From positions 1 to 32,024 of the forward strand of contig JAFGGO010000086.1 of NCBI GenBank assembly GCA_016930515.1: 32,024 bases of DNA, in the 5' to 3' direction. The stretch is from Promethearchaeota archaeon (lineage in GTDB: Archaea > Asgardarchaeota > Lokiarchaeia > Sigyniarchaeales > SOKP01). The position numbers were made by a program, and so were the translations under genes. Below the pieces are notes generated by a model, which saw only the letters and a program-made list of their open reading frames with translations, was not told the DNA's origin and searched no databases. Positions 1 through 9,839 of the stretch are shown here, piece after piece (the stretch's first letter is position 1; each line of letters opens with the position of its first letter).

Positions 1-861
1 ATCCAGGTCTTCCACGCCCTTTTTCTTGAGCTTTTCCAAGTCGTTCCTCGTCACGATGGCGGTCCTGAGTAGCCGGAGCGTTTCGTACACCTGCGGATTG
101 TTCAGGCCCTCCACGACCTTCAGGTTATCCTCTTCTGAAGGAACGTAATTCGAGAAAAACTTCTTGGATTCCATCAGGTATTCGTTAGAAAGTTTAGCTG
201 GAAGCCCTTTCTGCTCAGGATTTTCCAAGAGCTTGGTCGGCGGGACTCTCAGCATCACGACATCGTTTATGAGAAAAATCAGCTCCGAAAGCATCCCCTT
301 GACCGACGATTCCTTGATCATCTCCCGCTTGACCAGGTCGATGATGACCTCGTCAATGTTCACGAACCCCTGCTTGAACTTGTCCTTGAGCCATACTTGT
401 AGCTCCGATTTCGAAACCACGCCCTCGACCCTCAGTCGATCGATGATCTTGCGCTTGACCTCGTCTTGATAGGTCATTGCCAGCTGTTGTTCGAGGTTCA
501 AGGTCGGGTAAACGGCAAGTCGCCGGTACAAGTCTGGCAAGGCGATTTCGAGCGTATCGTCTTCGATGCTCTTGAGAATGTTTCGAGAAATGTCCGCAAG
601 ACCTCCCTCGTAGGCGTCCGTATCCTCGTCCAAGTTCATGAGCAATAACACGTAATACGGCTTATCGGGACCCATGTAATAGGAAGCGATGTTAAGAGAG
701 CCCACCATCAGGCTGATGATGCCCGTCTCGCCGCTATACTCGTGCGTGCTGTAAACGTGCATGAGGGTCTGGTCGGTGACGTTTACCTCCGGTGGGTATC
801 GAGCGACGATCATATTTCCTACCAGGTCGTCCCATTTCATAACGATGATTCCGAAGGGCAT
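1..861 (-). CDS. Longin/uDENN-like N-terminal domain plus probable winged-helix protein (NPRL2/DENN-like architecture), truncated at window edge
   Basis: Not in the ORF track. ATG at 861-859 directly after the TAA of the 1393-aa ORF, with SD GGAGGTGA upstream. Open to position 1: MPFGIIVMKWDDLVGNMIVARYPPEVNVTDQTLMHVYSTHEYSG...; WDxxxGxxIxxxYP resembles the longin/uDENN first hairpin, and KRKIIDRLRVEGVVSKSELQVWL...IDEVIIDLVKREMIK is WH-like. Confidence 0.7.
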   Translation of the reverse strand, partial: MPFGIIVMKWDDLVGNMIVARYPPEVNVTDQTLMHVYSTHEYSGETGIISLMVGSLNIASYYMGPDKPYYVLLLMNLDEDTDAYEGGLADISRNILKSIEDDTLEIALPDLYRRLAVYPTLNLEQQLAMTYQDEVKRKIIDRLRVEGVVSKSELQVWLKDKFKQGFVNIDEVIIDLVKREMIKESSVKGMLSELIFLINDVVMLRVPPTKLLENPEQKGLPAKLSNEYLMESKKFFSNYVPSEEDNLKVVEGLNNPQVYETLRLLRTAIVTRNDLEKLKKKGVEDLD

Positions 862-3800
862 TTAGACATCGTCACCTCCCTTGATGTTTTTCAAATCGCC
901 ACCCGCACCAGCTCCAATTGTTTTTCCCAGCTTCTTGTCCTTGGTAACGCCGAGCTTATCGCGAAGGGAGAGGTCGTGTATCTTCCAGCGATCTTCGAAC
1001 ATCTTGGCCAAGAATTCTTCCTTGGAAGGATATCCCATCGATTTTGAGAGGGATCCCTTCGAATTTATGGCTTTTATCAGCGCTTTTCCCTTCTTAATGA
1101 ACTTGGGTATTCTTCTTAATTGAACATACCTGTAAGCACCTAAACTGCCAGCAACCGCAACCACGGCACTAATTATCATTATGAGATAGAATGTAGGAAT
1201 ACCACCAACTTTAGGCATTTCGATTGTCAATACCACGCTAATCTCTGTAGTTTCGTGTAATTCTTTTTCCATGTATATCCTACCCCTGATAGTTATGGGT
1301 TGGAAGAAGGTGTCGTATCTCGATGTTGGAAAGTCAAGGTAGTAAATGCCGGGAGTTTGGGTCTCCGTGAAACTTAAATTCCCAAAGGATCCTGTTATAT
1401 ATATATTAGCACCTGTAATTGGAACGGAACTGTTTGATGGATCAGTTAGGTTTAATGTAATCCTGTAGGCAGAGCCTTGTTCTATGGATGTGAAAATCTC
1501 CTCGTATCCCGTGTAGATAGGTCTGTTCAGAACATTTAAGGTAAATATGACCGTTTTCGAAACATACTGCGTTTTTTGAAACGCAATATAGATGTTATAA
1601 GTGCCTACTGACAAATCTCCGGTTCCCACGTCTAAAATATGTATCTTTTCAGCACTTTCGTCTAAAAGCGTACTGAATACGAATGTTTCGTTTCCATCAT
1701 CGTCTTCGTAAAATATTTCTGCGGAAAATTCGTCTAAATTTCCAAGTCTCGTTGAGTCGTCAGAATCGTTGTATTCGAAATAATACAACACTTCCTCCCG
1801 GACCCAAATACTTGCTTCGAATTTCGGAGTAACTCTCGAAGAGCCATTAACTTCAGTGTGCTTTGCAAGCACCGTGATAAAGAACTCATAGTCTTCCTTT
1901 ATGGAGTGATTTTCAAGCCCTATTGTAACTCGAATTGAATATTCTCGAGAATCTGTAGCTTGTAAACTTTCAAACGGAAGCACCCAATAATTCGTGTGAA
2001 TGGTGTCTTGAATGAGATTACCTGAGATCGCCCCAGAATCATCCTCCCAATAGAATGAATATATATCTGGTGATAAAGTAGTACCAGAGCTTGAGTCAAA
2101 ATATCTCATTGTAATGTTTAGAGTTCTCCCGTAATAAACCGAAGCGAAATATTTTTTGCTGGTTGGTTTTTTCGCCAACTCATCAGGCGTCGGATCGCTC
2201 GGGTCGTATTCGTACAAGGTTAAACCCGTGGGTAATGGATTAATTTTTACGACGCGAATATCTTCCTTTGGTGGGAAATAGGTGTATTTCAACGCTGTAA
2301 TCCACACTTCGTAATAATTTCCCTCGTAACCAGCAGATAATAAAGAACTATCGATGGAAATGCTATAGATTCCATCACCGTCCTGAGACATATCTTGGGA
2401 ATACACGACGACTTTTGATTGATCGTATATCGTGCAGGTTACATCGCTGTCTGGCCCCTCGTCTCCGTACCAAGGACCAGTTTCACCATTATCTGAATAC
2501 GAAAAAATGATCGAAATATCAATATCTTGCCCCCACAAGTACTCTTGGATTGGGCTACCTTCTTCCGTTCCGTTCGTAAATCTGGTGATAAAATTATCAT
2601 CACCAAACCTTACTGCTAAGATAAGATCGATACTCCCAGCTGGTAACGAGTAATTATATCCCCACAATAAGCTCGAATCGTAGGATTGATCTGACTGGTT
2701 GACATAAAACTGATACTGTAAAGATTGCGTTTGCCATATGGTGATATTGTAATCGAGACTGATATTATACCAAAAAGCCATTCCCGTGCTTTGACCACGA
2801 GCAAATCCGTCAGCCCCTGTTTTTAGGCTGTTAGATACTAAGGTTTCCGTACCTGTCAAATAAACCTTTACCGTAAGCCCTGTCACAGGATTGAAAAATT
2901 GACTATCAACGATTTTGATATTCATTCGTGCAATATCAACAGTAATTTCCTCGACACGAGCGTATGTCAGGGTGATTTTTATGACTCCCAAGCACTCGGA
3001 ACTGTTAGATCCCACCACATCCAGCTTAATTCCGTACACATCGTAATCGTAGTCTTCTGCTGCTCGATAAACAAGGGATAATTCCGTCCTGGAATCTGAA
3101 TACGATTTGTAATCGATTATCTCTTCCGTGGAACCCAAGTCAATGTCGTAAAATTCCACTTGAACGATGTCGATACCTGTGTTCATGCCTGTCATTTCGA
3201 TCCGAGCATCTATAACCGTATTCTCGCCTCTTGATATTAACGAAGATCCATTCACATAAAGACTTTCTTGAACCTCGTATTCTGATTCGCCGGAATTTTT
3301 TTTATTTTTCTCGCTTACGATTAAGGTATCCGTTTTATCGACGGGACGAACTGTACCTTCCTTGATTAAAGTGATGCGAGGAGTGATATCGCTATTAATA
3401 TAGTATATAGAATAATCGTATCCTCCAGTACGGTTCTCCCAGATAAACCGTGCTTCACCGTTGGCATCTAAGGTCAAATTGGCTAATGCGGAATCGTCCT
3501 CATCATAAATTACGATATAACCCATATTGACTCGAATTCCATTCGCATCAAGGACTCTAAAATCAATCGTCCAGAGATCCGTGATTAGGTGCTCCGTGTA
3601 TATTAAACCGCTAAATTCAATGTCCCCGCCTTTATTGCTGCTATTATAGATCTGTAATTTTTTAACGCTCAAGTCGGGAAGAGTTTTCGTGTAATTGACT
3701 GTTATCGTGTAATTATCGTAGGCTACATCCGTAAAGAGCGCCGTGCCGTCATAACCAGCAGTGTGGCTTTGAATTAGTTGCGTGTTGTCGGAAGCGTTCC

Positions 3801-5043
3801 AAAAATAGACGGTTGCTTTACCGTCCGTGATCCTCCTTCCGTCTACATCTTTTACAACGATGGTAACGTCCGCTGCCCTTATTCTTTCTTCTAATAATTC
3901 AAAAGCAAGCTCGGTTCTTTCATAGAGCCAGGTCATTTCGTCATCCGATATGCCGTAATCAAAGAATCGCATTTCATCTATATATCCACAATATGCCTGA
4001 CTTGCATCAAAACCTCCTCCTAAAGAGTCTTGTTCCTGAGCGATTATCAAACCACCACTAGCAATTATGATCGGACTTCCTGGATTGCTATATATAAGGC
4101 CATCTGTAGGAAGGTTATTCGTATAAATATGGGTGCCCGAAGTGCCTCTACGCCATACGTAAAAGCTCCATTCTTGGATGGATGGAGCATCCATTAACAT
4201 GTAATTATGATTCGTTCCGGTCGTCCCCGATATGATATATTCAGTACCCGCGGATTGCCTCTTGGCCCAAAAGCATATTGTAAAGTCCGTAAGGCCGTTC
4301 AGTAAGGTATAAGGCGCGCTCATGTAAGCTGCTGTTTGCGTGTCGTTAAATTTTATAGATTTTCCATTAACACTTTCTTCTTTATAACCTACTTGTGGGT
4401 TTACACCCAATCCATAAAGCGTGGCATCGTGATCGTAAGCAGAAGGATTTACTACCTGATGACCCATTTTATCCTTTACGATACTCGTTGATCCTAACAC
4501 GGTATCGTCGTCAAAAGTATACCACGCCCTACCAAATTCATATTCCTTGTAATAGGAAGGATCGTACGAACACGTGGTGTTTCCATAATAGAGATAAGTA
4601 TCGTATTCGCTCGCTTGGGCGCTTATATTTGTTTTAAACCAAATACGCGCCGTTGTACCGTCTAATGTACAGTAATAATCCCTTAAAACACCATTTTCTA
4701 CTATCCGTATATCACCTAAATCTGCCTGCATTTTATCTGGAATTAGATCGGTGGTATCAATTTCAATATATGTCCGAAAATTGGTCAAATTATCGTCATT
4801 ATTATTAGTAAGATTAATGCATCGCCTAAACCGAAAATATTCGTTCCACCACGGATCCAAGCCCTCTCCTGCGCTCACGCTAATTGAGCTAGAATCCTCT
4901 TCAATTCCAAAATAGTTTTCATTTTCTTTGGTTACGTTAATTTTAAAAGGAGTAAAGATCCAAAAGGATGCGAGTAAAAAAACAGTAATGAATCCAATAG
5001 TGGATAATTCTTTCGATTTATTTTTTATATTTTTTATTTTCAT
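862..5043 (-). CDS. Giant membrane-anchored surface protein: N-terminal hydrophobic segment, DUF2341-like, LamG/ConA-like and Ig-like repeats, C-terminal TM and basic cytoplasmic tail
   Basis: 1393 aa. WWNEYFRFRRCINLTN...DLGDIRIV...YLYYGN (DUF2341-like); WYTFDD...FTICFW...QEQDSLGGGFD...GYIDEMRFFD (LamG/pentraxin-like); TM FYLIMIISAVVAVAGSLGAY followed by RRIPKFIKK. Confidence 0.8.
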   Translation of the reverse strand: MKIKNIKNKSKELSTIGFITVFLLASFWIFTPFKINVTKENENYFGIEEDSSSISVSAGEGLDPWWNEYFRFRRCINLTNNNDDNLTNFRTYIEIDTTDLIPDKMQADLGDIRIVENGVLRDYYCTLDGTTARIWFKTNISAQASEYDTYLYYGNTTCSYDPSYYKEYEFGRAWYTFDDDTVLGSTSIVKDKMGHQVVNPSAYDHDATLYGLGVNPQVGYKEESVNGKSIKFNDTQTAAYMSAPYTLLNGLTDFTICFWAKRQSAGTEYIISGTTGTNHNYMLMDAPSIQEWSFYVWRRGTSGTHIYTNNLPTDGLIYSNPGSPIIIASGGLIIAQEQDSLGGGFDASQAYCGYIDEMRFFDYGISDDEMTWLYERTELAFELLEERIRAADVTIVVKDVDGRRITDGKATVYFWNASDNTQLIQSHTAGYDGTALFTDVAYDNYTITVNYTKTLPDLSVKKLQIYNSSNKGGDIEFSGLIYTEHLITDLWTIDFRVLDANGIRVNMGYIVIYDEDDSALANLTLDANGEARFIWENRTGGYDYSIYYINSDITPRITLIKEGTVRPVDKTDTLIVSEKNKKNSGESEYEVQESLYVNGSSLISRGENTVIDARIEMTGMNTGIDIVQVEFYDIDLGSTEEIIDYKSYSDSRTELSLVYRAAEDYDYDVYGIKLDVVGSNSSECLGVIKITLTYARVEEITVDIARMNIKIVDSQFFNPVTGLTVKVYLTGTETLVSNSLKTGADGFARGQSTGMAFWYNISLDYNITIWQTQSLQYQFYVNQSDQSYDSSLLWGYNYSLPAGSIDLILAVRFGDDNFITRFTNGTEEGSPIQEYLWGQDIDISIIFSYSDNGETGPWYGDEGPDSDVTCTIYDQSKVVVYSQDMSQDGDGIYSISIDSSLLSAGYEGNYYEVWITALKYTYFPPKEDIRVVKINPLPTGLTLYEYDPSDPTPDELAKKPTSKKYFASVYYGRTLNITMRYFDSSSGTTLSPDIYSFYWEDDSGAISGNLIQDTIHTNYWVLPFESLQATDSREYSIRVTIGLENHSIKEDYEFFITVLAKHTEVNGSSRVTPKFEASIWVREEVLYYFEYNDSDDSTRLGNLDEFSAEIFYEDDDGNETFVFSTLLDESAEKIHILDVGTGDLSVGTYNIYIAFQKTQYVSKTVIFTLNVLNRPIYTGYEEIFTSIEQGSAYRITLNLTDPSNSSVPITGANIYITGSFGNLSFTETQTPGIYYLDFPTSRYDTFFQPITIRGRIYMEKELHETTEISVVLTIEMPKVGGIPTFYLIMIISAVVAVAGSLGAYRYVQLRRIPKFIKKGKALIKAINSKGSLSKSMGYPSKEEFLAKMFEDRWKIHDLSLRDKLGVTKDKKLGKTIGAGAGGDLKNIKGGDDV

Positions 5044-5242
5044 ATTTTATCGCTTTTTTATTTAAAATAGAAAAGTTAATCAAATAGTCTTAGAATTTGT
5101 TTTTAAATTTTTAGTAAAGATATTAGACAATAAGCTTAGAACTTGCAATTATTGATGCTTTTATCTGAGAATTTAGAACATTATAGTTGAAGACTATAAA
5201 CTTACCGCAAAAGATTTATTGAATTCTGCATTTTATATTGAT

Positions 5243-5755
5243 ATGGCAAAGAAGAAGAATGTCAAGTCGAAAGAAGAGGAAGAAGGTGATGACTCCGATT
5301 TTGACGATATTGATTCTTTAGAGGACTTGGACGACGATACCGCTTTTCCCGAGATTAAAAAAGAGCCTAGCGAGGCGAAAAAGAAAACAACTCCTATTCA
5401 AGAGGAAGAAGAGGAGGAAGAAGAAGAATACGAGGAGGACTACGAAGAAGAGCTCGAAGAAGTGAAGAAGGATTACAAGCTCGTAAAACCAAATATTTTC
5501 AAGGGCGAGAACGAATACGACTACGAGCTTCTCGTTGAGGGACAGTCCCACGGATTTTGTAACATTTTAGTAAAACACTTGTTAAAAACCGAAGGCGTTA
5601 ACATCGCTGCATACAAGATCACGAGAATTGATCCCCCAAAAATCTTTATCCGCGTGGAAGATGGATACGACGTGAAGGACATCATTCGCAATGGCATGGC
5701 TTCTCTTCAAGAGGAAGTCAAATCTGTCGAAAAAGTGTTTCAAAAGCTAATGTAA
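5243..5755 (+). CDS. rpoL: RNA polymerase subunit L (Rpo11/RPB11 family) with long acidic N-terminal extension
   Basis: C-terminal ELLVEGQSHGFCNILVKHLLKTEGVNIAAYKI resembles RpoL (GEDHTLxNLL...VxFAxY). Neighbours are RNase III-like and DUF99 genes. ATG at 5243 preferred over TTG at 5219. Confidence 0.7.
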   Translation: MAKKKNVKSKEEEEGDDSDFDDIDSLEDLDDDTAFPEIKKEPSEAKKKTTPIQEEEEEEEEEYEEDYEEELEEVKKDYKLVKPNIFKGENEYDYELLVEGQSHGFCNILVKHLLKTEGVNIAAYKITRIDPPKIFIRVEDGYDVKDIIRNGMASLQEEVKSVEKVFQKLM

Positions 5756-5813
5756 ATCACCTTTTTTAATTTATCTATAAACTTTATAAGAAAGTAAGCA
5801 CCATTTTACCTCA

Positions 5814-6266
5814 ATGCCTTACGATTTTATACTCAAAGACCTTAACGCAAGCAAGACTCAAAAGAAAATCGGAACTGATAAAGGTTTGGCTAAAATAGGC
5901 GATGGCGTTGTTAATTTGGCGTATTCCGTTGCCAAATCCATATATCTCACGAAAAGCGCGGCGAACAATGCAATAATAAGGACGGGGTGGAAGGTGAGCA
6001 AGGAAGTTTTATCTACCGCCTTAAAGAACGCGGGATTAAAGTCATTTGCTAAATCTAGGGCTGACGCTCACGACATTGCTGACACGGCAGAGGCCATCAT
6101 CGCATACATCTGGTTAAACGATTTTTTAAGCGTTAAAGAAATGGTCGATCTTTTAGTCGATAATCTCGAGGGAGATTTATACAAACGAACGGAAGAAACG
6201 AAAAACGCAACCAATGCTTTTACAGTCTTACTAAAACACTTGAAAAAGTACTTGCCGGAGAGTTAA
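5814..6266 (+). CDS. Archaeal ribonuclease III-family protein (no dsRBD)
   Basis: DKGLAKIGDGVVN signature and HDIADTAEAIIAYIWL second catalytic motif. Confidence 0.8.
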   Translation: MPYDFILKDLNASKTQKKIGTDKGLAKIGDGVVNLAYSVAKSIYLTKSAANNAIIRTGWKVSKEVLSTALKNAGLKSFAKSRADAHDIADTAEAIIAYIWLNDFLSVKEMVDLLVDNLEGDLYKRTEETKNATNAFTVLLKHLKKYLPES

Positions 6267-6268
6267 TC

Positions 6269-6835
6269 GTGAAGGAATATCCAATCGTCATGGGATTTGA
6301 CGACGCTCGATACGAGGGGTTTGACTCAAAAACAACGCATTTAATTGGCGTTGTTTGTCAAGGCACTAGAATGGTGGGAGTTTCAATAGGTAAGATTGAC
6401 ATTGATGGGACTAATTCTACGGATGTTCTCGTTAGCCTGGTAAGACTGAAGGAGAATCACGTGCAATACGTGATTACCGACACCATCACATTTGGAGGAT
6501 TTAACATCATGGATATACAGCGCGTTTACCAAGAAACGAAGAAACCTGTAATTGCGGTCGTCGATAGGAGCGTGGATTTAAATTCGGTAAAACAGGCACT
6601 CGTTAAAAAGTTTCCTGACTCGTATCGGGAAAAATTAAAATTAATAATTAGTGCTGGAAACTTGTATCAACACGAAATCACGACCGCTGGTGGCAATTCA
6701 ACAATCTTTTTTCACGCAATAGGGATCGATATAGATCGCGTGAGGGCCTTGTTAAACAAGATATCTATCGATTCCAAGCAACCCGAATGTACGAGGATGG
6801 CACACCTCATAGGAGGGGGCTTCGTTGGAAAATAG
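6269..6835 (+). CDS. DUF99 family protein (endonuclease V-like)
   Basis: MGFDD, IDIDGTNST, DTITFGGFNIMD, PVIAV and PECTRMAHLI motifs. Confidence 0.85.
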   Translation: MKEYPIVMGFDDARYEGFDSKTTHLIGVVCQGTRMVGVSIGKIDIDGTNSTDVLVSLVRLKENHVQYVITDTITFGGFNIMDIQRVYQETKKPVIAVVDRSVDLNSVKQALVKKFPDSYREKLKLIISAGNLYQHEITTAGGNSTIFFHAIGIDIDRVRALLNKISIDSKQPECTRMAHLIGGGFVGK

Positions 6836-6849
6836 CATAAGAAAAGAAC

Positions 6850-7338
6850 TTATTTATTTTCGCTCATTTCGTATTCCAAGATGTTTTTCATTCGTTCCCT
6901 GAGTTCGAGCTTGATGGCGCTCATTTCATAGGTTGGAATTCCCCCGAGTTTTTCTTGCACGACTTCGGCACCTAAAGCGCCTGGAAGATCTTGCTTGTTA
7001 GCGATGGCAATAACTTTCGAACCCAAGCGCTTCGAAAAACGTTCGTACAATTGCTTGGTTTTTTTAAGATTGTCCTCAGTTGAATCGCAGACCAACACGG
7101 CAAGACCTGAATTCTTGAGAAAATCGTCCCACATCAATTTAAACCGTTTCTGGCCTCCGAGATCCCATATAGTGCATTTCTTTCCGTCCAAAAAACTCTC
7201 TTCGATTTCCAAGCCAATAGTGGGCTTGGTAGGTGCCTCGAGAGAATCTTGAATTCTTCCTTGAAGAAGGGATATTAAAGTAGATTTTCCAACCCCAGCG
7301 TCTCCGAAAAAGCATATTTTACTCTTGTTTTCTACCAA
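6850..7338 (-). CDS. Small Arf-like (Ras superfamily) GTPase
   Basis: G1 GDAGVGKS, G2 PTIG, G3 WDLGGQ, G4 NKQD, G5 SAI; TTG start. Confidence 0.9.
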   Translation of the reverse strand: MVENKSKICFFGDAGVGKSTLISLLQGRIQDSLEAPTKPTIGLEIEESFLDGKKCTIWDLGGQKRFKLMWDDFLKNSGLAVLVCDSTEDNLKKTKQLYERFSKRLGSKVIAIANKQDLPGALGAEVVQEKLGGIPTYEMSAIKLELRERMKNILEYEMSENK

Positions 7339-7572
7339 TTATCTGACCTTTCTTTTTTTTAAGCACTTAATACGAAAGATCAACGGGCATCTCAAAAACA
7401 TGAATAACACGGAGATGTTACAAGAATAATACCACACGAATAAAATAGAACTATTAAATTCACTTCGAGGGTAGGAACAAATCTCGTTCCCTTGCGTTTT
7501 TTATATGGCTTGAAGTAGTTACTAATGTTTTAATACAAGTTCTTATATTAGCTTGTTAAAATAAACTCTTTA

Positions 7573-8415
7573 ATGGGAAAAATGTTGAAAAAATTCTTGT
7601 CAAAAAAACGCAACAAGTATATCTTAATCGCAATCCTCGCCGTGTTTCTTGTATTGGGCTCGATTCCGTTTACTCTCATAGTGATGGTTCCAATGGTTGT
7701 TACTCCTGCGATGTCCTACTTTCCTTTAGGGCTTAACACTTCTTGGGATTTTAATTCTACCGACGATAACGGAAGTTGGACAACGAGACGATATATCGGT
7801 AACCAATACGAATTTATCGGTATCGATTTCATGATATTCTTCCACGAAGAGCATGATGGCACGTGGCAAAACAAGATGTGGTTAAGCAAGAACGTGCATT
7901 CGCTCGTCTGGTGGGGCTTCGAAGATTCGAGCACCAAGTTTGTCGCAAGCGGCGGTCTGACCTACGTCACGGAACCCGTGCGATCGGGTCAATCAAACGG
8001 CGGAACTACTTCGGGAACCCTCACCATTAAAAGCGATAATCAAATATCCACGCAAAATTTCATGGGACGCTACACTATTGAGACCATCGAGACGATAACA
8101 GTCCCTGCGGGAACCTTTCAATCGTGTATCAGGGTGCACGAGGAAGAGAACACGCCCGAAGATACAGCGGACTTTCGCGTTTGGTACGCTCCTGGTGTTG
8201 GTCCGGTAAAATACGATTATCCAAAACGAGATAATCGCACTGACGAGCTTGTATCGTATAACATCGTAAACGACGACCCTTTTGAGACTTGGCTATTACC
8301 AAAAGTCCCAAGAATCGTTATTGCAACGATAATTTTTGCCTTATTGGGGATTGTATTTGTTGTTATTATCGTAAAGAGGCTTAAAAAACGAAAAACTGGT
8401 TTGAAAGAAAATTAA
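7573..8415 (+). CDS. Membrane protein: two TM anchors flanking a beta-rich extracellular domain (ETITVPAGTF motif, DUF3108/TapB-like)
   Basis: Hydrophobic segments at both termini, each next to a basic cluster; ETITVPAGTF...WYAPGVGPVK motif. Confidence 0.6.
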   Translation: MGKMLKKFLSKKRNKYILIAILAVFLVLGSIPFTLIVMVPMVVTPAMSYFPLGLNTSWDFNSTDDNGSWTTRRYIGNQYEFIGIDFMIFFHEEHDGTWQNKMWLSKNVHSLVWWGFEDSSTKFVASGGLTYVTEPVRSGQSNGGTTSGTLTIKSDNQISTQNFMGRYTIETIETITVPAGTFQSCIRVHEEENTPEDTADFRVWYAPGVGPVKYDYPKRDNRTDELVSYNIVNDDPFETWLLPKVPRIVIATIIFALLGIVFVVIIVKRLKKRKTGLKEN

Positions 8416-8540
8416 ATTTTTAGAAATGCAAAATTTTTTTCCTTTTTTTTACATTTAAACTACGGAACAGAAATAAAACAAAAAATAAATTTGAGATTTA
8501 GTTTAGCAAAAAAAAGAATCAAAAAAAAATTAAAAAATAT
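8416..8540. terminator. Bidirectional T-tract terminator region between convergent genes
   Basis: Long T runs after the + gene, and long A runs (T on minus) after EF-1alpha. Confidence 0.5.
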
Positions 8541-9839
8541 CTAGGCGTTTTTAATTTCCTTGACCACGCCTACAGCAACGGTTCGACCCATATCTCGAAT
8601 TGCGAATCGGCCCATTTCGGGGATTTCAGCGTATTTTTCGAGGCAGATCTTCTTGATTGGTTGCATTGTAACCATTGCCATATCGTTCTTCTTGATGAAC
8701 TTGGGATTGTCCTCGATGACAGCGCCCGTCTTTGGGTCGAGTTTCTTGTTTAACTCGAGGAAGCGAGCTGCGATTTGAGTCGTGTGTGCGTGGACAACAG
8801 GAGTGTATCCTTGAGCAACTGCAGTTGGGTGCCAAATAACGATTATTTGACCGGTCCAGTTGCCAGAAGGAGCAATGACCGTGGGAGGATCGTTTGGATG
8901 ACCGAGACAATCACCACGACCAACATCTTTCATCTCGATGCCTCGAATGCTGAAGCCGATGTTGTCGCCAGGTTCTGCTTGGTCGATTTCCTCGTGATGC
9001 ATTTCAATGCTTCGAATTTCTCCTTGGAATCCCGTGGGTTGAATTACGATCTTGTCGCCCTTTTTGAGGACGCCCGTTTCAACCCTACCTACGGGAACGA
9101 CACCAGTACCCTTGATCTTGTACGCGTCTTGGATTGGAACCCTAAGAGGCTTGCTAGTTGGTTTTTCGGGAACAACGAACGCGTCAATCGCCTCGAGCAA
9201 GGTGGGACCCTTATACCAGGGTAACTTATCGGTCTTTTCCGCCAAGTTTTCACCAGTCATTCCGCTCGTTGGAACGAATTGAATCTTTTTAACATCAAAA
9301 CCGACTATTTTCAAGAGATCCGATACGGCGTCCTTGCACTCGTTAAATCGGTCCTCGTTATATTCCCAGTTGTCTACTTTATTAATGGCAACGACTAATT
9401 GCTTAACGCCTAAAGTGTTAGCCAAGAACGCGTGCTCTCGAGTTTGGCCGTTGGCGGCAATGCCGACTTCCATTTCTCCTTTCTTACCAGAGACTACTAA
9501 AATGCCTGCGTCTGCTTGGCTTGCGCCCGTGATCATGTTCTTGACGAAGTCTGCGTGTCCCGGAGCGTCAATGATAGTAAAGTACTTGCTTGGGGTTTCG
9601 AATTTTCTAAAAGCAAGGTCGATGGTAATGCCTCTTTGTCGCTCTTCCTTGAGCCTGTCAAAAACATACGCGTACGACCAAGACTCTCTATCGTATTCCT
9701 TAGCAAGTTTTTCAAGCTCTCTGGCCTCTCTATCCGAGATTGCGCCAGTCTTGATTAACAAGCATCCCATCATGGTCGATTTGCCGTGATCGATGTGGCC
9801 AATGATCACCAAATTCAAATGTGGTTTATCTTTGGGGAT
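8541..9839 (-). CDS. tuf: Translation elongation factor aEF-1alpha
   Basis: GHIDHGKST, ERQRGITID, DAPGH, NKVD and GRFAIRDMGRTVAVG motifs. The frame continues upstream of the annotated TTG (9818) as PKDKPH to ATC at 9839, so the start is uncertain. Confidence 0.97.
   Translation of the reverse strand: MPKDKPHLNLVIIGHIDHGKSTMMGCLLIKTGAISDREARELEKLAKEYDRESWSYAYVFDRLKEERQRGITIDLAFRKFETPSKYFTIIDAPGHADFVKNMITGASQADAGILVVSGKKGEMEVGIAANGQTREHAFLANTLGVKQLVVAINKVDNWEYNEDRFNECKDAVSDLLKIVGFDVKKIQFVPTSGMTGENLAEKTDKLPWYKGPTLLEAIDAFVVPEKPTSKPLRVPIQDAYKIKGTGVVPVGRVETGVLKKGDKIVIQPTGFQGEIRSIEMHHEEIDQAEPGDNIGFSIRGIEMKDVGRGDCLGHPNDPPTVIAPSGNWTGQIIVIWHPTAVAQGYTPVVHAHTTQIAARFLELNKKLDPKTGAVIEDNPKFIKKNDMAMVTMQPIKKICLEKYAEIPEMGRFAIRDMGRTVAVGVVKEIKNA

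Noticed and set aside
164-1123. Plus-strand ORFs 164-469, 466-648, 742-1047 and 881-1123
   Set aside because: Antisense shadows of the real minus-strand genes.
7340-7500. Short open frame and GGAAC/GTTCC hairpin upstream of the GTPase
   Set aside because: No convincing start, SD or protein motif, and the hairpin is weak.
8560-9789. Multiple ORFs overlapping EF-1alpha
   Set aside because: Antisense or alternate-frame shadows of a codon-biased gene, with no motifs.
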